Below, piece by piece: positions 1 through 11,421 of a stretch of DNA of 64,000 nucleotides. The notes below the pieces were generated by a model, which worked only from the letters and a program-made list of their open reading frames with translations, was not told where the DNA came from and did not search any database. The stretch is taken from positions 1 through 64,000 of the forward strand of contig PDIP01000259.1 of assembly GCA_002811645.1 (NCBI GenBank), read 5' to 3'. Numbering within the stretch: the first letter of the stretch is position 1; every line of letters begins with the position of its first letter. This DNA is from Corallochytrium limacisporum Hawaii. Lineage: Eukaryota; Protista; Pluriformea. A program made the position numbers and the translations under genes.

Positions 1-455
1 CCCAAGCGACGGCAGAGCTAAATCAAAAAGAGTAGATTTGATACAATATTCCCAGACAGAGGGTGGTACTAGTAGAATGAACAAGACGGGGGGGCGTAGT
101 GAATGTGCCACCCTGTGAAGGTGAATCCATTGGCTGTGACCGGCTGTGTGTGCGCGCGCACCGTGTCCGGATGGGGCGAGGGAGCGAAAGAGTGCGCCGG
201 TAGCGTGGTGACTCTTGGGTTCGGTTGTTGTTGCAAGTATTTGGTAAGTTTCAGGTAGTTCACGTTGATAAAATTACACTTTAAGGTTCTTTAAGGCCCT
301 TAATGGAGTTTCAGCTATCATAATTAGCAGTGTCTTGCAAAGGAGACAATACCGCGATAGTACTTGTTCACGATGACATAGGTAGCCCGGCGAGGTCCGC
401 ATAGCGCTCTGAGTAGCCAGTAGCAGGTACCCAAACTGGAAACTCGCAAAACAGT

Positions 456-3224
456 ATGATTCATCCATTTGTGGCACCGTTCAGTGCCAACACGCCACAC
501 AATCAAAGGCTCATAGTGAATTCAGGGGAACAGGTGTACTGTTGGGATCCCGCACAGCGATCCCTACACACCCTGCGCCTGGGTAAAGATCTCGAAGTGG
601 TGCCGGAATCCGAGATAGCTTTGACTGCACACGATGGCAATGATCTAGGTAACATTTCAGCTATCTACCCGTCCCCGTCAGGACGAAAATTGGCATTGGT
701 TGCGGCAGCCGGTACAGTGACGGTTCTATCCCTGCCGTCCGCCCTGAAATCTGCGGGAGCTTCCTTGGCAGGCCAAAGCGCAGCACTCTGCAATACACAG
801 ACACTGATTCCCGAAGGATCAAGGCCAGTGGTGGATCTAATATGGCACCATAGTGCTCTAGAAGACTCCAGTCTGGTGGTGCTGCGCACAGACATGCTCG
901 AAGTGTTTGACCTCCATGAAGATCCGGAGGATCACGCGATCAAGGCCAATGCATACGTCGCATACTCCAGGAATAATGCTCGTAGTGTCGCAAGCGGTAG
1001 TGGGGAAGGATGGGGCATGTTCTCTTTCGTAGTGGCCACCGATGATGGCACCGTCCATTGTGCTGGACCGTTCATACCACATCGCTGCGTAGTTGGAGCC
1101 TCGTCCTTCCATCGCTTGCGAGAAAGCATTGATGCGGAGGTCAGCGATTTGGAGGATCTGCGCGGGTCGGTCGGCAGTGCTGCTGGTGGTGTCGGGGGAC
1201 AACAGCGCCATCTGCGGCGACAACAAGAGCTGTTGCACTACATTGACCGTTGCCTGGTTCACCGTCTGGGACCTTTGCGAGTGGGTACTGTTAACACACG
1301 CGAGTGCAACGACGTCCTAGAGCCACGAAGGAGCGTCTCAGCAGCGGTTGGTCGTGACGACAACAACAGCGCCGATCATGACATTATCGGCATTGTGCGT
1401 CTCAGCTCCCGCATTGGTGCATACGCTATCGTTGGTGCCAGTGGACTGTGCAGTGTTCTAGTGCTGCCAGAGATTATTCTGGGGGCAACCAGTAGCCGCG
1501 GGAGCTCTACCCCACCGGGTCCCGGAGCAGGCCGTGCTCTGATCAGTAGCTATAATCAAGAGCAGCCACAATCGGTGATGGAGGCGGAGAATCCACTGGA
1601 TATCATCGTCTACGATACTGTTGTGCTCGATGGGGTCCTCTTCGATCAGTGCACCCTTCTAACCAGTGGCGACCGTATTGGTCTGCCTACATCTGTGTTC
1701 ATTTCTCATGGGTACGGCGTTACAGAGCTTCAATGTGGTGCAATTGCACTCCTAGAACGATCTCTGCTATCACCGACGGAGGGTGCCAATGACTTGCAGT
1801 CGGCTGGAACAGGATCAAGTGCGCTCAATCAATTTCCCGCCATCACCAGTGCATCCGTAACAGCAACGCCGATGATGGCCCAGCGTGGAATGGTTCTGTC
1901 CCAGTCACGTAGTGGACAGCAGTCGCAGACGGTGAATACCCCCGCTCCCAGACAGTTTCCTGGAATTGCACGGCGTGACCTACTTTTCATTGACCACAGC
2001 ACTCGACGTCTGCGGCCTGTGCTCTATCTGTCATCGCCCGCGGATGGCACCAGTACAGCCGGGAGGCCTCGGGGAGTTGTCCGCGCTGTTGCCTTCGACG
2101 AGAACAACGGAGGCCGTGCCATGGTCGTATCTGACGCGGATGGTCTCATCGGCGCCTACTTTGCCGAAGACCAGGCGATGCGAGTTGCCAGCGGCAGCCG
2201 TGGTTTTGGTTCCGCAGGAGCCGCTCAAACGCCCGCGGGTACGAGTCCGAGTAAGCATGGAAAAGCCTTTGCATCAAAGAATCTAAATTTTTTGCTTGAT
2301 CATGAGTCGCTGAAGCACACCCAAACGCTCCTCGTGGCACCTCCGCGTGTACCCACCGTGGGCCCCACCCTCCGGGAGGCCCAAAGCGAGGCGGACCGCT
2401 TACGCTATATCGCAGAGGCCTCTCTCGGCCTCGAAGATGGGGTTTTGCTTCCCGTGCAGCGAGCAGCCGAGGAACTTGCAGCCCGAACCGCTCTTCTGGC
2501 ACTGGCGAGCAAGGAGCTCGCAGAACGCCGCCATGCGATCGCTCTGGCCGTCTCCTCGTCCTCTGAACGAGCTCAAACGCTTTCCGGAGACATTTCTGCC
2601 CTCGTTGAGCGCCAGGCACGCATTTCTGCGCGCTGTGAGGCTATGACACAGGCGCTGACTTCCATTCCGCGCCCGCTCAGTGAGGCTGAGGAAAAACACT
2701 CGGATGAAGTGCGTCAGATGCGTACTGACAGCCATTTGCTCGTCCTGCGGGGTGAGCGTGCCATCGCTCGTGCCCGTTCCGTTATCTCGGAACACCGTTC
2801 AAAGCAAGCGCAGCGCAGTGATCTACGGCAAACGCGTGTAATGCTCGGGCACTACTACGGTCGCCAGGTGCCAGGAGCTAAGGCCTTCTCTCCGACATTG
2901 AGCGGTGGTGGTGGCGCCGGTGGTTTGCGGCCCAAGTCACCGATGGCTGGGTCTGGCACTGCGTCTCATACACCGTTCACACCGCAGCGTTCTCGCCTTA
3001 CAACGACGTCAAAGGCGCCGTACACACCATCTTCACCCCTCGGCACACCGTCGCCGTCCAAGTTGGCCGTCGGTAGGGACGGAGTCCAAAGTCCGGCACT
3101 GCCCCCACCAACGCTGACGGAGAACGATCTGGTGCGGGTGCAGGAGTGTCTGCAGGACACTGCTGCCACTATTCGGCAGATCCAGCGGTACCTGGAGCCG
3201 CTACAGGTGGCCATGGGTGCATAG
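456..3224 (+). CDS. NUP88: Nucleoporin Nup88/Nup82-like (N-terminal beta-propeller, C-terminal coiled coil)
   Basis: 922-aa ORF. 'LIWHHSALEDSSLVVLRTDMLEVFDL' resembles the Nup82/88 WHP-xx-LVVL-xx-D blade. A long heptad region ('RPLSEAEEKHSDEVRQM') is followed by an S/T-P-rich tail. Confidence 0.7.
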   Translation: MIHPFVAPFSANTPHNQRLIVNSGEQVYCWDPAQRSLHTLRLGKDLEVVPESEIALTAHDGNDLGNISAIYPSPSGRKLALVAAAGTVTVLSLPSALKSAGASLAGQSAALCNTQTLIPEGSRPVVDLIWHHSALEDSSLVVLRTDMLEVFDLHEDPEDHAIKANAYVAYSRNNARSVASGSGEGWGMFSFVVATDDGTVHCAGPFIPHRCVVGASSFHRLRESIDAEVSDLEDLRGSVGSAAGGVGGQQRHLRRQQELLHYIDRCLVHRLGPLRVGTVNTRECNDVLEPRRSVSAAVGRDDNNSADHDIIGIVRLSSRIGAYAIVGASGLCSVLVLPEIILGATSSRGSSTPPGPGAGRALISSYNQEQPQSVMEAENPLDIIVYDTVVLDGVLFDQCTLLTSGDRIGLPTSVFISHGYGVTELQCGAIALLERSLLSPTEGANDLQSAGTGSSALNQFPAITSASVTATPMMAQRGMVLSQSRSGQQSQTVNTPAPRQFPGIARRDLLFIDHSTRRLRPVLYLSSPADGTSTAGRPRGVVRAVAFDENNGGRAMVVSDADGLIGAYFAEDQAMRVASGSRGFGSAGAAQTPAGTSPSKHGKAFASKNLNFLLDHESLKHTQTLLVAPPRVPTVGPTLREAQSEADRLRYIAEASLGLEDGVLLPVQRAAEELAARTALLALASKELAERRHAIALAVSSSSERAQTLSGDISALVERQARISARCEAMTQALTSIPRPLSEAEEKHSDEVRQMRTDSHLLVLRGERAIARARSVISEHRSKQAQRSDLRQTRVMLGHYYGRQVPGAKAFSPTLSGGGGAGGLRPKSPMAGSGTASHTPFTPQRSRLTTTSKAPYTPSSPLGTPSPSKLAVGRDGVQSPALPPPTLTENDLVRVQECLQDTAATIRQIQRYLEPLQVAMGA

Positions 3225-3282
3225 GACGCGCACAGATGCTCCGCTGCTTGCATGGACCAAGACAACAGAAATATTTACCTAT

Positions 3283-5400
3283 CTAGTTCTTTAATATGTC
3301 TTTTCCGCCGTCTTTGGTATAGCTGTCCTGACGGACAAAACGTAGGAGGGTACTGTTGCTGCCGGAGCCACTCTTATTTGACGACAATGATGACTTTGGC
3401 GGTGCTGGTCCCTTCGTCTGCTCGGTCTGGCCGCTTTGCAGGCAGGCATCAATGTGCTGGTTCAGAGTCATATTATCACCGGGCACAGGGTTTGCGCAAA
3501 TAGGACAGTTCAGGGTCTCCTGGTTGGCTTCGGCCTGCGGTTGCAATGGTTGGGAAGTGGGTGCGGAGGTTGCGGCAAAGAATGATCTTACATTGGGCCC
3601 ATCTCTATCACGCTTACGTCGTTTGCTGTGTGCGTCCGTCACGGTCTGTTGCTGTTGTTGGCGCTGCTGCTGCCAGTATTCGTATTGCATGCGTTGCTGC
3701 TCTTCCTCAATTTTGCTCAGATTAAGACCGTCTTCCACCAATGGGACGGATTCCTGATCGCTACCTGGGTTATTCTGCCTAGGTTTTTGAGGTTTTTGTA
3801 ACAAACGCTTGACGCTGTGCCTCTCAAAGTCATTCTTATAGTGCAGTTGGCTCATGCGGACACCCATCAGCCGCAGACGAAGCGGCAGTTCATTGCGAAT
3901 CAGCTTTTCTGCGGCCGCGAAGATGACATCGACAGAGTTAGTGGGGGCCTTCAGGGTTAGTGCCCGGGTGCGGATCTGGAAATCGACAGTTTTCAGCTTG
4001 ATATTCACTGTGGTACCAATTAGATCTTTGGCCTGCATTTCCTCCACCACCATGTCTGTTAGCTTCTTGCACTTGTTTAGGAGTTCATTGGTCTGATTCA
4101 GTTCTCCGAAGGTCGATTCGTGGCCAATGCTCTTCGGGATGGCTCGACGTTCAATGTCTGTGGCACCGATGCCCATCGCTACGCGGATAAAGAAGCCGGA
4201 ACTGATCTCACTGAACAGTGCGACGAGGTCACCGCGACGATCGTACAGGTCGCCACAGGTCTCAATATGGAAGGCATTTAGTACTTTCTGCGTTACCCGA
4301 CCTATTCCTGGTACCTTGCGGATCTTCAAAGTCTTCATAAAGTTCATAATCTTGTCCCGTTCCCCTGGAATAAGATACTGGCCATTGGGCTTGCCTAGAT
4401 CTGTGGCGATTTTGCAAACCATCCGGTTTGGCCCGATACCGGCACTACAGGTTAGATGGCTGGCGTCGAAAATCTCACGGCGGATTTGTTGCACCACTCT
4501 TTCTACGGTGTCCACATCGATTCCCATGTCACGTTGTTTCAAATACTCGGTCAATTCGAGATGTGCCTCATCGAGTGAAATGGCAGTGTAATTGGGGTCG
4601 TACCGGGCGATTACTTCCCGAATCTTCTGTGCTGCCGCGGTGTACTTCTTGAAGTCGCAGGGCACGATGGTCAGCTCAGGACAGAGCTTTTTGGCAATAT
4701 ACCCGGGCATAGCTGATCTGACACCATACTTACGTGCCACGTAGTTTGCGGTGGTGAGCATCCCAGTACCTCCCACTGCCATGGGTTTCGTCTTGAGTTC
4801 TGGCCGATCCAATTCTTCGCACTGTGCGTAGAAAGCATCCATGTCAATGTGGACAAACACACGGTGAAGTTCTCGTGCGATATCTAGAACTTGACACATT
4901 CGGTTAGCTTTCTCCTCAGCTTTTTTGTACATGATAGTGCCCTTAATCTGTTTGTATTTCTTTCGTATCGTTTCCACTCGCTTGGTTACTTCTGCATCTT
5001 TCTTTAACTCATTCTTGTAGAATCTGCTACCCTTACTCACTTGCATAATGATCTCATTCACCTTCGTCTGATCAACGCCAGTCATTCCGGCCTTGTGTGG
5101 ATTCAGTGCCATTCTCGATGACAGATCTTTCTCCACATATTTGTCATCATCCTCGGCTTTATCTGATTGTTCTGCCGTCGAACGTTCACCCGTAGGACCC
5201 CCATGTTTCTTTGGGTCCAGGATCTCGGTGAAGTCTTCCTCTTCGTACTCTTCCACATCATCCGCTTCCCAGTCTTCGACACCAACATGCATGTCTTTTT
5301 CAAGTTCTTCATCGATACCACTTGGGGCTGTGGTTTCTTTAGAATGCTTGCCCTTGGCACCTGTGCCATCTTGAGCCTTCATAGGCATCTCAACCACCAT
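3283..5400 (-). CDS. POLK: DNA polymerase kappa (Y-family, DinB) with C-terminal UBZ zinc finger
   Basis: Motifs HIDMDAFYAQ, TANYVARKYGVRSAMP, SLDEAHL and LRLMGVRMS. The N-clasp 'KAGMTGVDQTKVNEII..SKGSRFY' is typical of Pol kappa. UBZ 'CPIC..LNQHIDACL'. Confidence 0.97.
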   Translation of the reverse strand: MVVEMPMKAQDGTGAKGKHSKETTAPSGIDEELEKDMHVGVEDWEADDVEEYEEEDFTEILDPKKHGGPTGERSTAEQSDKAEDDDKYVEKDLSSRMALNPHKAGMTGVDQTKVNEIIMQVSKGSRFYKNELKKDAEVTKRVETIRKKYKQIKGTIMYKKAEEKANRMCQVLDIARELHRVFVHIDMDAFYAQCEELDRPELKTKPMAVGGTGMLTTANYVARKYGVRSAMPGYIAKKLCPELTIVPCDFKKYTAAAQKIREVIARYDPNYTAISLDEAHLELTEYLKQRDMGIDVDTVERVVQQIRREIFDASHLTCSAGIGPNRMVCKIATDLGKPNGQYLIPGERDKIMNFMKTLKIRKVPGIGRVTQKVLNAFHIETCGDLYDRRGDLVALFSEISSGFFIRVAMGIGATDIERRAIPKSIGHESTFGELNQTNELLNKCKKLTDMVVEEMQAKDLIGTTVNIKLKTVDFQIRTRALTLKAPTNSVDVIFAAAEKLIRNELPLRLRLMGVRMSQLHYKNDFERHSVKRLLQKPQKPRQNNPGSDQESVPLVEDGLNLSKIEEEQQRMQYEYWQQQRQQQQQTVTDAHSKRRKRDRDGPNVRSFFAATSAPTSQPLQPQAEANQETLNCPICANPVPGDNMTLNQHIDACLQSGQTEQTKGPAPPKSSLSSNKSGSGSNSTLLRFVRQDSYTKDGGKDILKN

Positions 5401-6142
5401 GACGGTCCCGCGTCAGGGTGCTTTCTCCTACATGTTATATTCTGCTCACAATTTTTTTGAAATTGTACTCAGATATACCTTTTACCCTAAAATGTGGTTT
5501 GATTGACCCAAGCTATTGGTCCCGGAATACCTGTGCTCTGCAAGAGCTCGGATCAGTCTCACGGCGCACCAAGGACCCGGCCTCGCCCCGGAGTTCATGG
5601 CTGCTCCCTTCAGGCGGGTTAGGCGCGAAAACGGGTCCCGACCCGCGAGAAAGGGACTCCCGTTTTCAGCTAGAAAATTGGGCCCCCACATCGACCCGCG
5701 TGGTGACGGGGCGAGGGAATGGCAAAGTGAGGGTATGGACATTGAAGCCAACAGATTGAACCCAATGTGGCGGGTTCTGGGCGACAAAGACCTGCGATAT
5801 TAACTATTCTGCGGCGAGCCGTGACAGGTACCATTCCACCCGTCACTCACTCATCCACCCAGTGGTACTGCACACTGTCGAGGCGAAAATCCCATGAGGG
5901 TGGGTTTCTAGCACCTGTGAGGTGCCATTCGAGGGCTGAACAGAGCATGGGACGCCCGTGAATCTGGGTATAAGAACATGAGATTCACTATCTCTGCTTT
6001 AGCCATATGCAGTATATATTCTAACGCACTTACTTAAAGAAAGGAACAAGCCTGGTAAACAATTATGTAATGTTCGTTGGCTCTGCACTTGATATTTTCA
6101 TTTCATAGGCCGAGTTTAGCATCAGAGACACACGTATACACT

Positions 6143-8317
6143 ATGGCCAAACCGTCCAGTTCAGGAAAGGCTGTGGCCAATGGTAGTGTCAAGAAGAAGA
6201 CCTCTGTCTTTGCGGAGGCTGTTAAGAGGCGCCTGGCTTCCTCTGCCAAGATGCAATCTCGCAGCACTCGCATACAGACTTCCGCCAGACAGATTCCAGC
6301 ATCGACGTCGAAGGTGGCCATTAGTAGCAAAGAGAAACAGAAGAAGCGGTCTAAGGGATTTACAGACGACAACGATGACTGGCTAAAGCCTGTCAAGAAG
6401 TCACGAAAAGTTAAAGCTGCCGCACCGGAGGAGATTACCGACGAGGAAGACGAAGCCGATCGGCGTTTCGAGGAATCTGAAGATGACGAAGACAGTGATG
6501 ACTCTGTTCCCAATGTCATTCCCGCTAACGACAGTGACGATAGTGAAGTTGATAGTGGTGATGGAAGTGACTCTGGTTCAGATGACGAAGACGAGATGGC
6601 TCTCGCCGAAGCCGTCGCAGACGACTCTGACGATGATGACATGGAGGCAGAGGCTGCCGCGAGCCTGGGTCTGAAGCAGCCCATCACAAAGTCCACCAAA
6701 GCAATGAAGGCACAATTGCTAGCAGAAGAAGACAGTGATGAAGACGACGGTTCTGATAATGATGACGATGACAAGGGTGACCATTACGATAGCGACGACA
6801 GCTCGTCCGGTATCATGGACGACGAGGTTGAGGGAGGTGATGACGATGACGAGCGGCCAATCAAGTCTTCTTTTGAGCGCAAGGCCGAGCGTCTGATCAA
6901 GAAGCAGGCACAAGAAGCCAAGGAGGCAGAGGAGGAACTGCTTACCAACATTAACCAGAAAGCGAGCTTTCATTTGCCGTCCGGCCAGGAGATTGAGAAA
7001 GAGACCATGCAGGCCCCTGATCTCCAGCTCATTCAGACTCGTATTCGCGAAATCATCACTGTGCTTGGAGATTTCAAGAACTTGCGTCAGGAAGGACGCA
7101 GTCGGGAGGAGTACATCGATCAGTTGCTGCGGGACTGCTCTACGTACTACGGATACAGTGACTACGTCATTCGCAAGCTCTTCAGTATCATACCCCTCAA
7201 GCAATGGTTTGACTACATGGAGAGCAACGAAGTGCCGCGTCCAGTTTCCATCCGTGTGAACACGCTGAAAGCACGGCGAAGGGAATTAGTGCAGGCATTG
7301 ATCAACCGCGGGGTAAACCTTGAGCCCATCGGACCCTGGTCAAAGGTCGGTCTGGTCGTGTTCGACTCCAAGGTGCCTATCGGTGCCACGCCAGAGTACC
7401 TGGCGGGACACTACATGTTGCAGGGAGCATCATCTTTCTTGCCTTGCATGGCCTTGGCACCACAGGAAGGTGAGAAGGTGCTTGACATGGCCAGTGCCCC
7501 CGGTGGCAAGACCTGCTATCTGGCTGCCTTGATGCGCAACACGGGCATGATATACGCCAACGATCCGAACAAGGCGCGTTGCAAGGCTATTGTTGGTAAT
7601 TTGCACCGAATGGGTGTCAGGAACACGGTTGTGTGCAACTATGATGGTCGCATGTTCCCCAAGGTCATGGGTGGCTTTGATCGGGTATTGTTAGATGCGC
7701 CATGCTCAGGTCTTGGTGTCATTGCCAAGGACCAGAGCGTCAAGACCAACAAGAGCGAAGAAGACTTTAAGAAGGTCGTGGTTGTGCAGAAACAGCTATT
7801 GCTATGCGCCATTGACAGTGTGGATGCACATAGCGCCAGCGGCGGATATATTGTGTACTCCACCTGCTCAATTTCCCCGGAGGAGAATGAGTGGGTTGTG
7901 GACTATGCTCTGCGGCGCCGTAACGTCAAGCTCGTGTCTACCGGCCTTGACTTTGGCGAAGAAGGATTTGGAAAGTGGCGCGATTTCCGCTTCCATCCGA
8001 GCGTCAAGATGACTCGCCGGTACTACCCTCATCTGCATAATATGGATGGCTTCTACGTCGCCAAGTTCAAGAAGACCTCCAATGCCATCCCAAAGCCCCC
8101 AACTGGAGACATCGATGAGGCAGATGCAGAGATTGACTATGAGGCACTGCAGGCCGCTGCGAGAGATACCGGCGTGACCATTGATCGTGCCGCCAACGAA
8201 ACGAAGGCCAAGAGTAGTAAGAGAAATGGTAATGACCGTAGCTCGATGACGAACAAGGAGAAAAACCAGCGCCACATTCAGCGCCACCGGCACAAGGGCA
8301 AGGGTAGACGTAAGTAA
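6143..8317 (+). CDS. NOP2: 25S/28S rRNA m5C methyltransferase Nop2/NSUN1
   Basis: Acidic N-terminus, then GATPEYLAGHYMLQGASS, DMASAPGGKT, DRVLLDAPCSG, YSTCS and HNMDGFYVAK. Start placed at the first ATG (6143). Confidence 0.97.
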   Translation: MAKPSSSGKAVANGSVKKKTSVFAEAVKRRLASSAKMQSRSTRIQTSARQIPASTSKVAISSKEKQKKRSKGFTDDNDDWLKPVKKSRKVKAAAPEEITDEEDEADRRFEESEDDEDSDDSVPNVIPANDSDDSEVDSGDGSDSGSDDEDEMALAEAVADDSDDDDMEAEAAASLGLKQPITKSTKAMKAQLLAEEDSDEDDGSDNDDDDKGDHYDSDDSSSGIMDDEVEGGDDDDERPIKSSFERKAERLIKKQAQEAKEAEEELLTNINQKASFHLPSGQEIEKETMQAPDLQLIQTRIREIITVLGDFKNLRQEGRSREEYIDQLLRDCSTYYGYSDYVIRKLFSIIPLKQWFDYMESNEVPRPVSIRVNTLKARRRELVQALINRGVNLEPIGPWSKVGLVVFDSKVPIGATPEYLAGHYMLQGASSFLPCMALAPQEGEKVLDMASAPGGKTCYLAALMRNTGMIYANDPNKARCKAIVGNLHRMGVRNTVVCNYDGRMFPKVMGGFDRVLLDAPCSGLGVIAKDQSVKTNKSEEDFKKVVVVQKQLLLCAIDSVDAHSASGGYIVYSTCSISPEENEWVVDYALRRRNVKLVSTGLDFGEEGFGKWRDFRFHPSVKMTRRYYPHLHNMDGFYVAKFKKTSNAIPKPPTGDIDEADAEIDYEALQAAARDTGVTIDRAANETKAKSSKRNGNDRSSMTNKEKNQRHIQRHRHKGKGRRK

Positions 8318-9552
8318 GGACTCCAAGCATTCAGAGGACCCAAGCCTCCATCCCTAGGCCTCGCCAATTTGTGGCATTCATGAAGAAGCCCAAACCCCGC
8401 TTTACGCAATATATCTGATAGCTACATAGACTATAGATAGATCAACCCAAACGGTGCTGGACTCTTTGGCGTGGTGTGGCGCTATCGTGCGACGGGTCTG
8501 CTGACGAATGACGCCCCCTCCCCTCCCCCCTCCCTCCTCCACCAGGGCGGGCTGATGCCTTGGCACCTGCTGCCCATTCTCTACGTGGCCGCTCAGCTGC
8601 GTATGTTTTGGGCAAAGGAGAGGAAATCCGGGATACCAGCACCAACGTAGCAGGCTCCAGAAAAGAGAAAGCTGAAAAGGCGGGGAACTCAAACGGAACT
8701 GGGGAAGCAATGAATTCCAGGGTGGTTCTATGTCCCAGCCAAAGAGGACCAACCTCCGAAGCCAGTAGCGAAGACACACACACACACAGAGCCGAAGGTG
8801 CGTGGAGAGCCGAAGGCCAAAGCGCACGCCGGCGCGCAGCCCCCCCCTCCTTTCCTTCCACCATGCAAAGGCGGTTCTATTTTTGGCACACCGGTCCAGT
8901 TTTCGAACTGAATCACCGCGCAGAACAGGGCGGAGAGCCCCTTTTCCGTTTTCGCTTCTTCTTATTTTTTTTATGCCCCAAGTGCGCAACCGACGCGAGA
9001 GTCACAGAGGAGCGCGACCCAAAGGAAGTGTGTTTCGCTCAGCTAATTTTCCTTTTAGCCCTTCGTGTGCGGCCCGTCGCGAATTTAGTGCGCAGTCGAC
9101 AGACCACTGGGCCAAAATGTACCAATGCCCAAGGAGAGGATAAACGGGGGCGGGTGTGTGCGTGTAATACGCGGGAACGGTCTGCGAAAGGAACGGGCAG
9201 AAAGAACGTTAACCCTTCAGTTCTGGTGTTAATACCACCGCCAGCGTTCCACCCTAGCCTTGTCTCCCTCCACCACCCGCTCGTTCATCTGCGGGACTGA
9301 GGGTGGCAAACGGTTGGACCGGTTCCACCTGAGGAAACGAGGCAAGGGGGGTGCCAAGGGGGTAAAGGCGGGGTTATTGTAGATGGCAGCCGTATTTGCG
9401 CACGTCGCTGCGCAGCGACCTCCCCCGCCGGGAGGGGTGGAGGGACATCCCGGTGTTGGCTTCGGCTGGCACGGGGGTTCGGCGGCCCTTGCTTGGCACG
9501 TCGTCGACCTGTTCCTTACCGGTCCCCAATAACGCAAAATTGGCCATTGCGG

Positions 9553-9562
9553 CTATTTATAG
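9553..9562 (+). promoter_or_regulatory. CTATTTATAG, TATA-like / MEF2-type (MADS) site
   Basis: Matches CTA(A/T)4TAG about 120 bp upstream of ATG 9681. An identical 10-mer occurs at 63924-63933. Confidence 0.4.
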
Positions 9563-9680
9563 AAGTCTTTTGTGATGCTTGTGACCGTGCAGGATACACA
9601 TTACATCGCTTTACAGGGTTGAAAGTAACGATCTATTGGTTCAGAGTTCAACCACAGGTATTGCATTAACACCATAAGCC

Positions 9681-10532
9681 ATGGATTTTCAGCTTTACTG
9701 GGATAGCCTGCGGGCATGGGCAGGTAATGATATGTTGCTTTTCAACGCTATGTTTATGATCGTCCACGGAGTTTGTTATTTCGGACTTGGAATCCTCCAC
9801 CTGGCCGCTTGGAAGCACGGCTGGTTCAAACAGTACAAGATTCAAGAGGAGAAGTTCCCCGATGAGCAATTGCTAAAAACTGCGATCAAGAAAGCCATTT
9901 TCACCCAAATGATACTGCAACCAATTGGTCTGTACTACTTATGGGAACCATTGCACACTCGTCTCGGGGTGGAACGTCTCATGGGACCCCTGCCATCTCT
10001 TTGGGAAGTCCTCTGGCAGAATCTATTCTTCGCCGCAGTAGAGGACACTTTGTTCTTCTGGAGCCATTGGTTCCTCCACCGCAAGTTCATCTATAAGTAC
10101 ATTCACAAGCAGCACCACGAATTCAACGTTTCCACTGCCTTCGCGGCGGAATATGCGCACCCATTGGAGAACATCTTCGGTAACACAGTCCCCGTCCTGG
10201 CAGGGCCGTGGATGGTGTGTCCCCATGCTGTGACCTTCATGATCTGGTTGGCATTCCGGATTATCAAGACGGTCGAGGCACACGGAGGTTACGAGTTCCC
10301 TTACAGTCCATTTAACCACTGGCCCCTCGCTGGAGCTGCGCGGCATGACTACCATCACAGCCACAATGTCGGCACGTTCTGCTCGTTCACGGTCTTCTGG
10401 GACTATGTGATTGGAAGCCAGGGCAATTTTGAAGCCTGGCGAGCTCGAATCAAGGAAGGCAAAATGGACTTTGATCCGGCTATGCCCCCTTACAAGCAGC
10501 CGTCAAAGAAAGCCAGTACTAAGGCTGCGTGA
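9681..10532 (+). CDS. Fatty acid hydroxylase / sterol C4-methyl oxidase-like (ERG25/MSMO1/FAXDC2 family)
   Basis: Histidine boxes HWFLH, HKQHH and HDYHH; also 'KYIHKQHHEF..FAAEYAHPLE', 'EAHGGYEFP' and hydrophobic segments. Confidence 0.88.
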   Translation: MDFQLYWDSLRAWAGNDMLLFNAMFMIVHGVCYFGLGILHLAAWKHGWFKQYKIQEEKFPDEQLLKTAIKKAIFTQMILQPIGLYYLWEPLHTRLGVERLMGPLPSLWEVLWQNLFFAAVEDTLFFWSHWFLHRKFIYKYIHKQHHEFNVSTAFAAEYAHPLENIFGNTVPVLAGPWMVCPHAVTFMIWLAFRIIKTVEAHGGYEFPYSPFNHWPLAGAARHDYHHSHNVGTFCSFTVFWDYVIGSQGNFEAWRARIKEGKMDFDPAMPPYKQPSKKASTKAA

Positions 10533-10797
10533 TATGCCAGCAGCCTTGGCTGAACCAACGCCTCCACTGTATCCTTGTTCCAAGACTGTGGTATCTTGAC
10601 TGCTAGTTCTGGATCGAGTTGGCAGCTACAGGCTTGGCAATGTGGTACGCGAACTAAACTAAATCATATAATTTCTATAGGTACATATCATCATCATTTC
10701 CTAATTGACCAGTCTAGTGTATCGACCACCGACGGGTAGGGAACAATGAAGCACCGTTGAAGCGTAATGTAGCTCATTGCCCACCGCTGGCCGGTTC

Positions 10798-11271
10798 CTA
10801 TTGAGACTTTCCGAAATTTCTCTTGATAGCTTTGTCCCAGGCAGTGTTTCCGCGATGAATGAGGTAGGTACCCAGAAACCAGGTCAGAATCGCCAAGATA
10901 CCGCTTGTGAACTCTTTGTTCCGGATCTCAGTGACGTTAGCTGTCTTTTTCTTGATCGTAAAGCCGTGGGTAATCTTCAGAATACCATCCCAACCAGCAC
11001 CCCACTCAACGATTCCCTCAGAGCTAGTTTTTTGTCCGCGGAAGACTTTGGCCTTGATTTCCGGGCCACTAGCAGCACGGAATTTCAGAACAGCCCCGTC
11101 TTTAATTTGTCCGTCCCGAGTGCCACCCTTGGGCAGCTCCGCTGCAGCCATGAAGGGCTTAAAAGCATCCGGCCACTTGCCCGGAGTGGCCATGGTGGTC
11201 CAAACATCTTCAAAGGGCGCATTGACCTCATAGGTCTCGTCATGCATGACGTTGGTAAACAGGAAAGCCAT
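10798..11271 (-). CDS. SRPBCC / polyketide cyclase-like (START/Bet v1 fold) lipid-binding protein
   Basis: 'YEVNAPFEDVW..MATPGKWPD' and 'HGFTI..TEIRNKEFTSGIL' followed by a C-terminal helix. Start placed at ATG 11271 (caccATG). Confidence 0.7.
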   Translation of the reverse strand: MAFLFTNVMHDETYEVNAPFEDVWTTMATPGKWPDAFKPFMAAAELPKGGTRDGQIKDGAVLKFRAASGPEIKAKVFRGQKTSSEGIVEWGAGWDGILKITHGFTIKKKTANVTEIRNKEFTSGILAILTWFLGTYLIHRGNTAWDKAIKRNFGKSQ

Positions 11272-11299
11272 GGTGATTCTCTCTCGGTCGTGGTCTACT

Positions 11300-11421
11300 C
11301 TGTAAGTCAGTACACGTGGCCACAGGAGCCTATCTGTGACTGATCTGTACGAGCAGAACAAACAATATCGGTCTAAAGTACCATATGGCCCCCTAATCTG
11401 TGCGTACGAGGCACACATTAC
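11300..11421 (-). other. Putative 5'-UTR spliceosomal intron
   Basis: Minus strand CAG|GTAATG ... TACTGAC TTACAG|, ending 28 nt before ATG 11271. Confidence 0.6.

Noticed and set aside
6103-8326. Long antisense ORFs inside NOP2 (and similarly inside POLK, the hydrolase, SNAP-25, HGD, PES1 and SETD3)
   Set aside because: Shadow ORFs expected from codon bias of the real genes.
8402-9300. Overlapping 140-246 aa ORFs between NOP2 and the sterol oxidase
   Set aside because: Low-complexity DNA, mostly non-ATG starts, no motifs; probably spurious.
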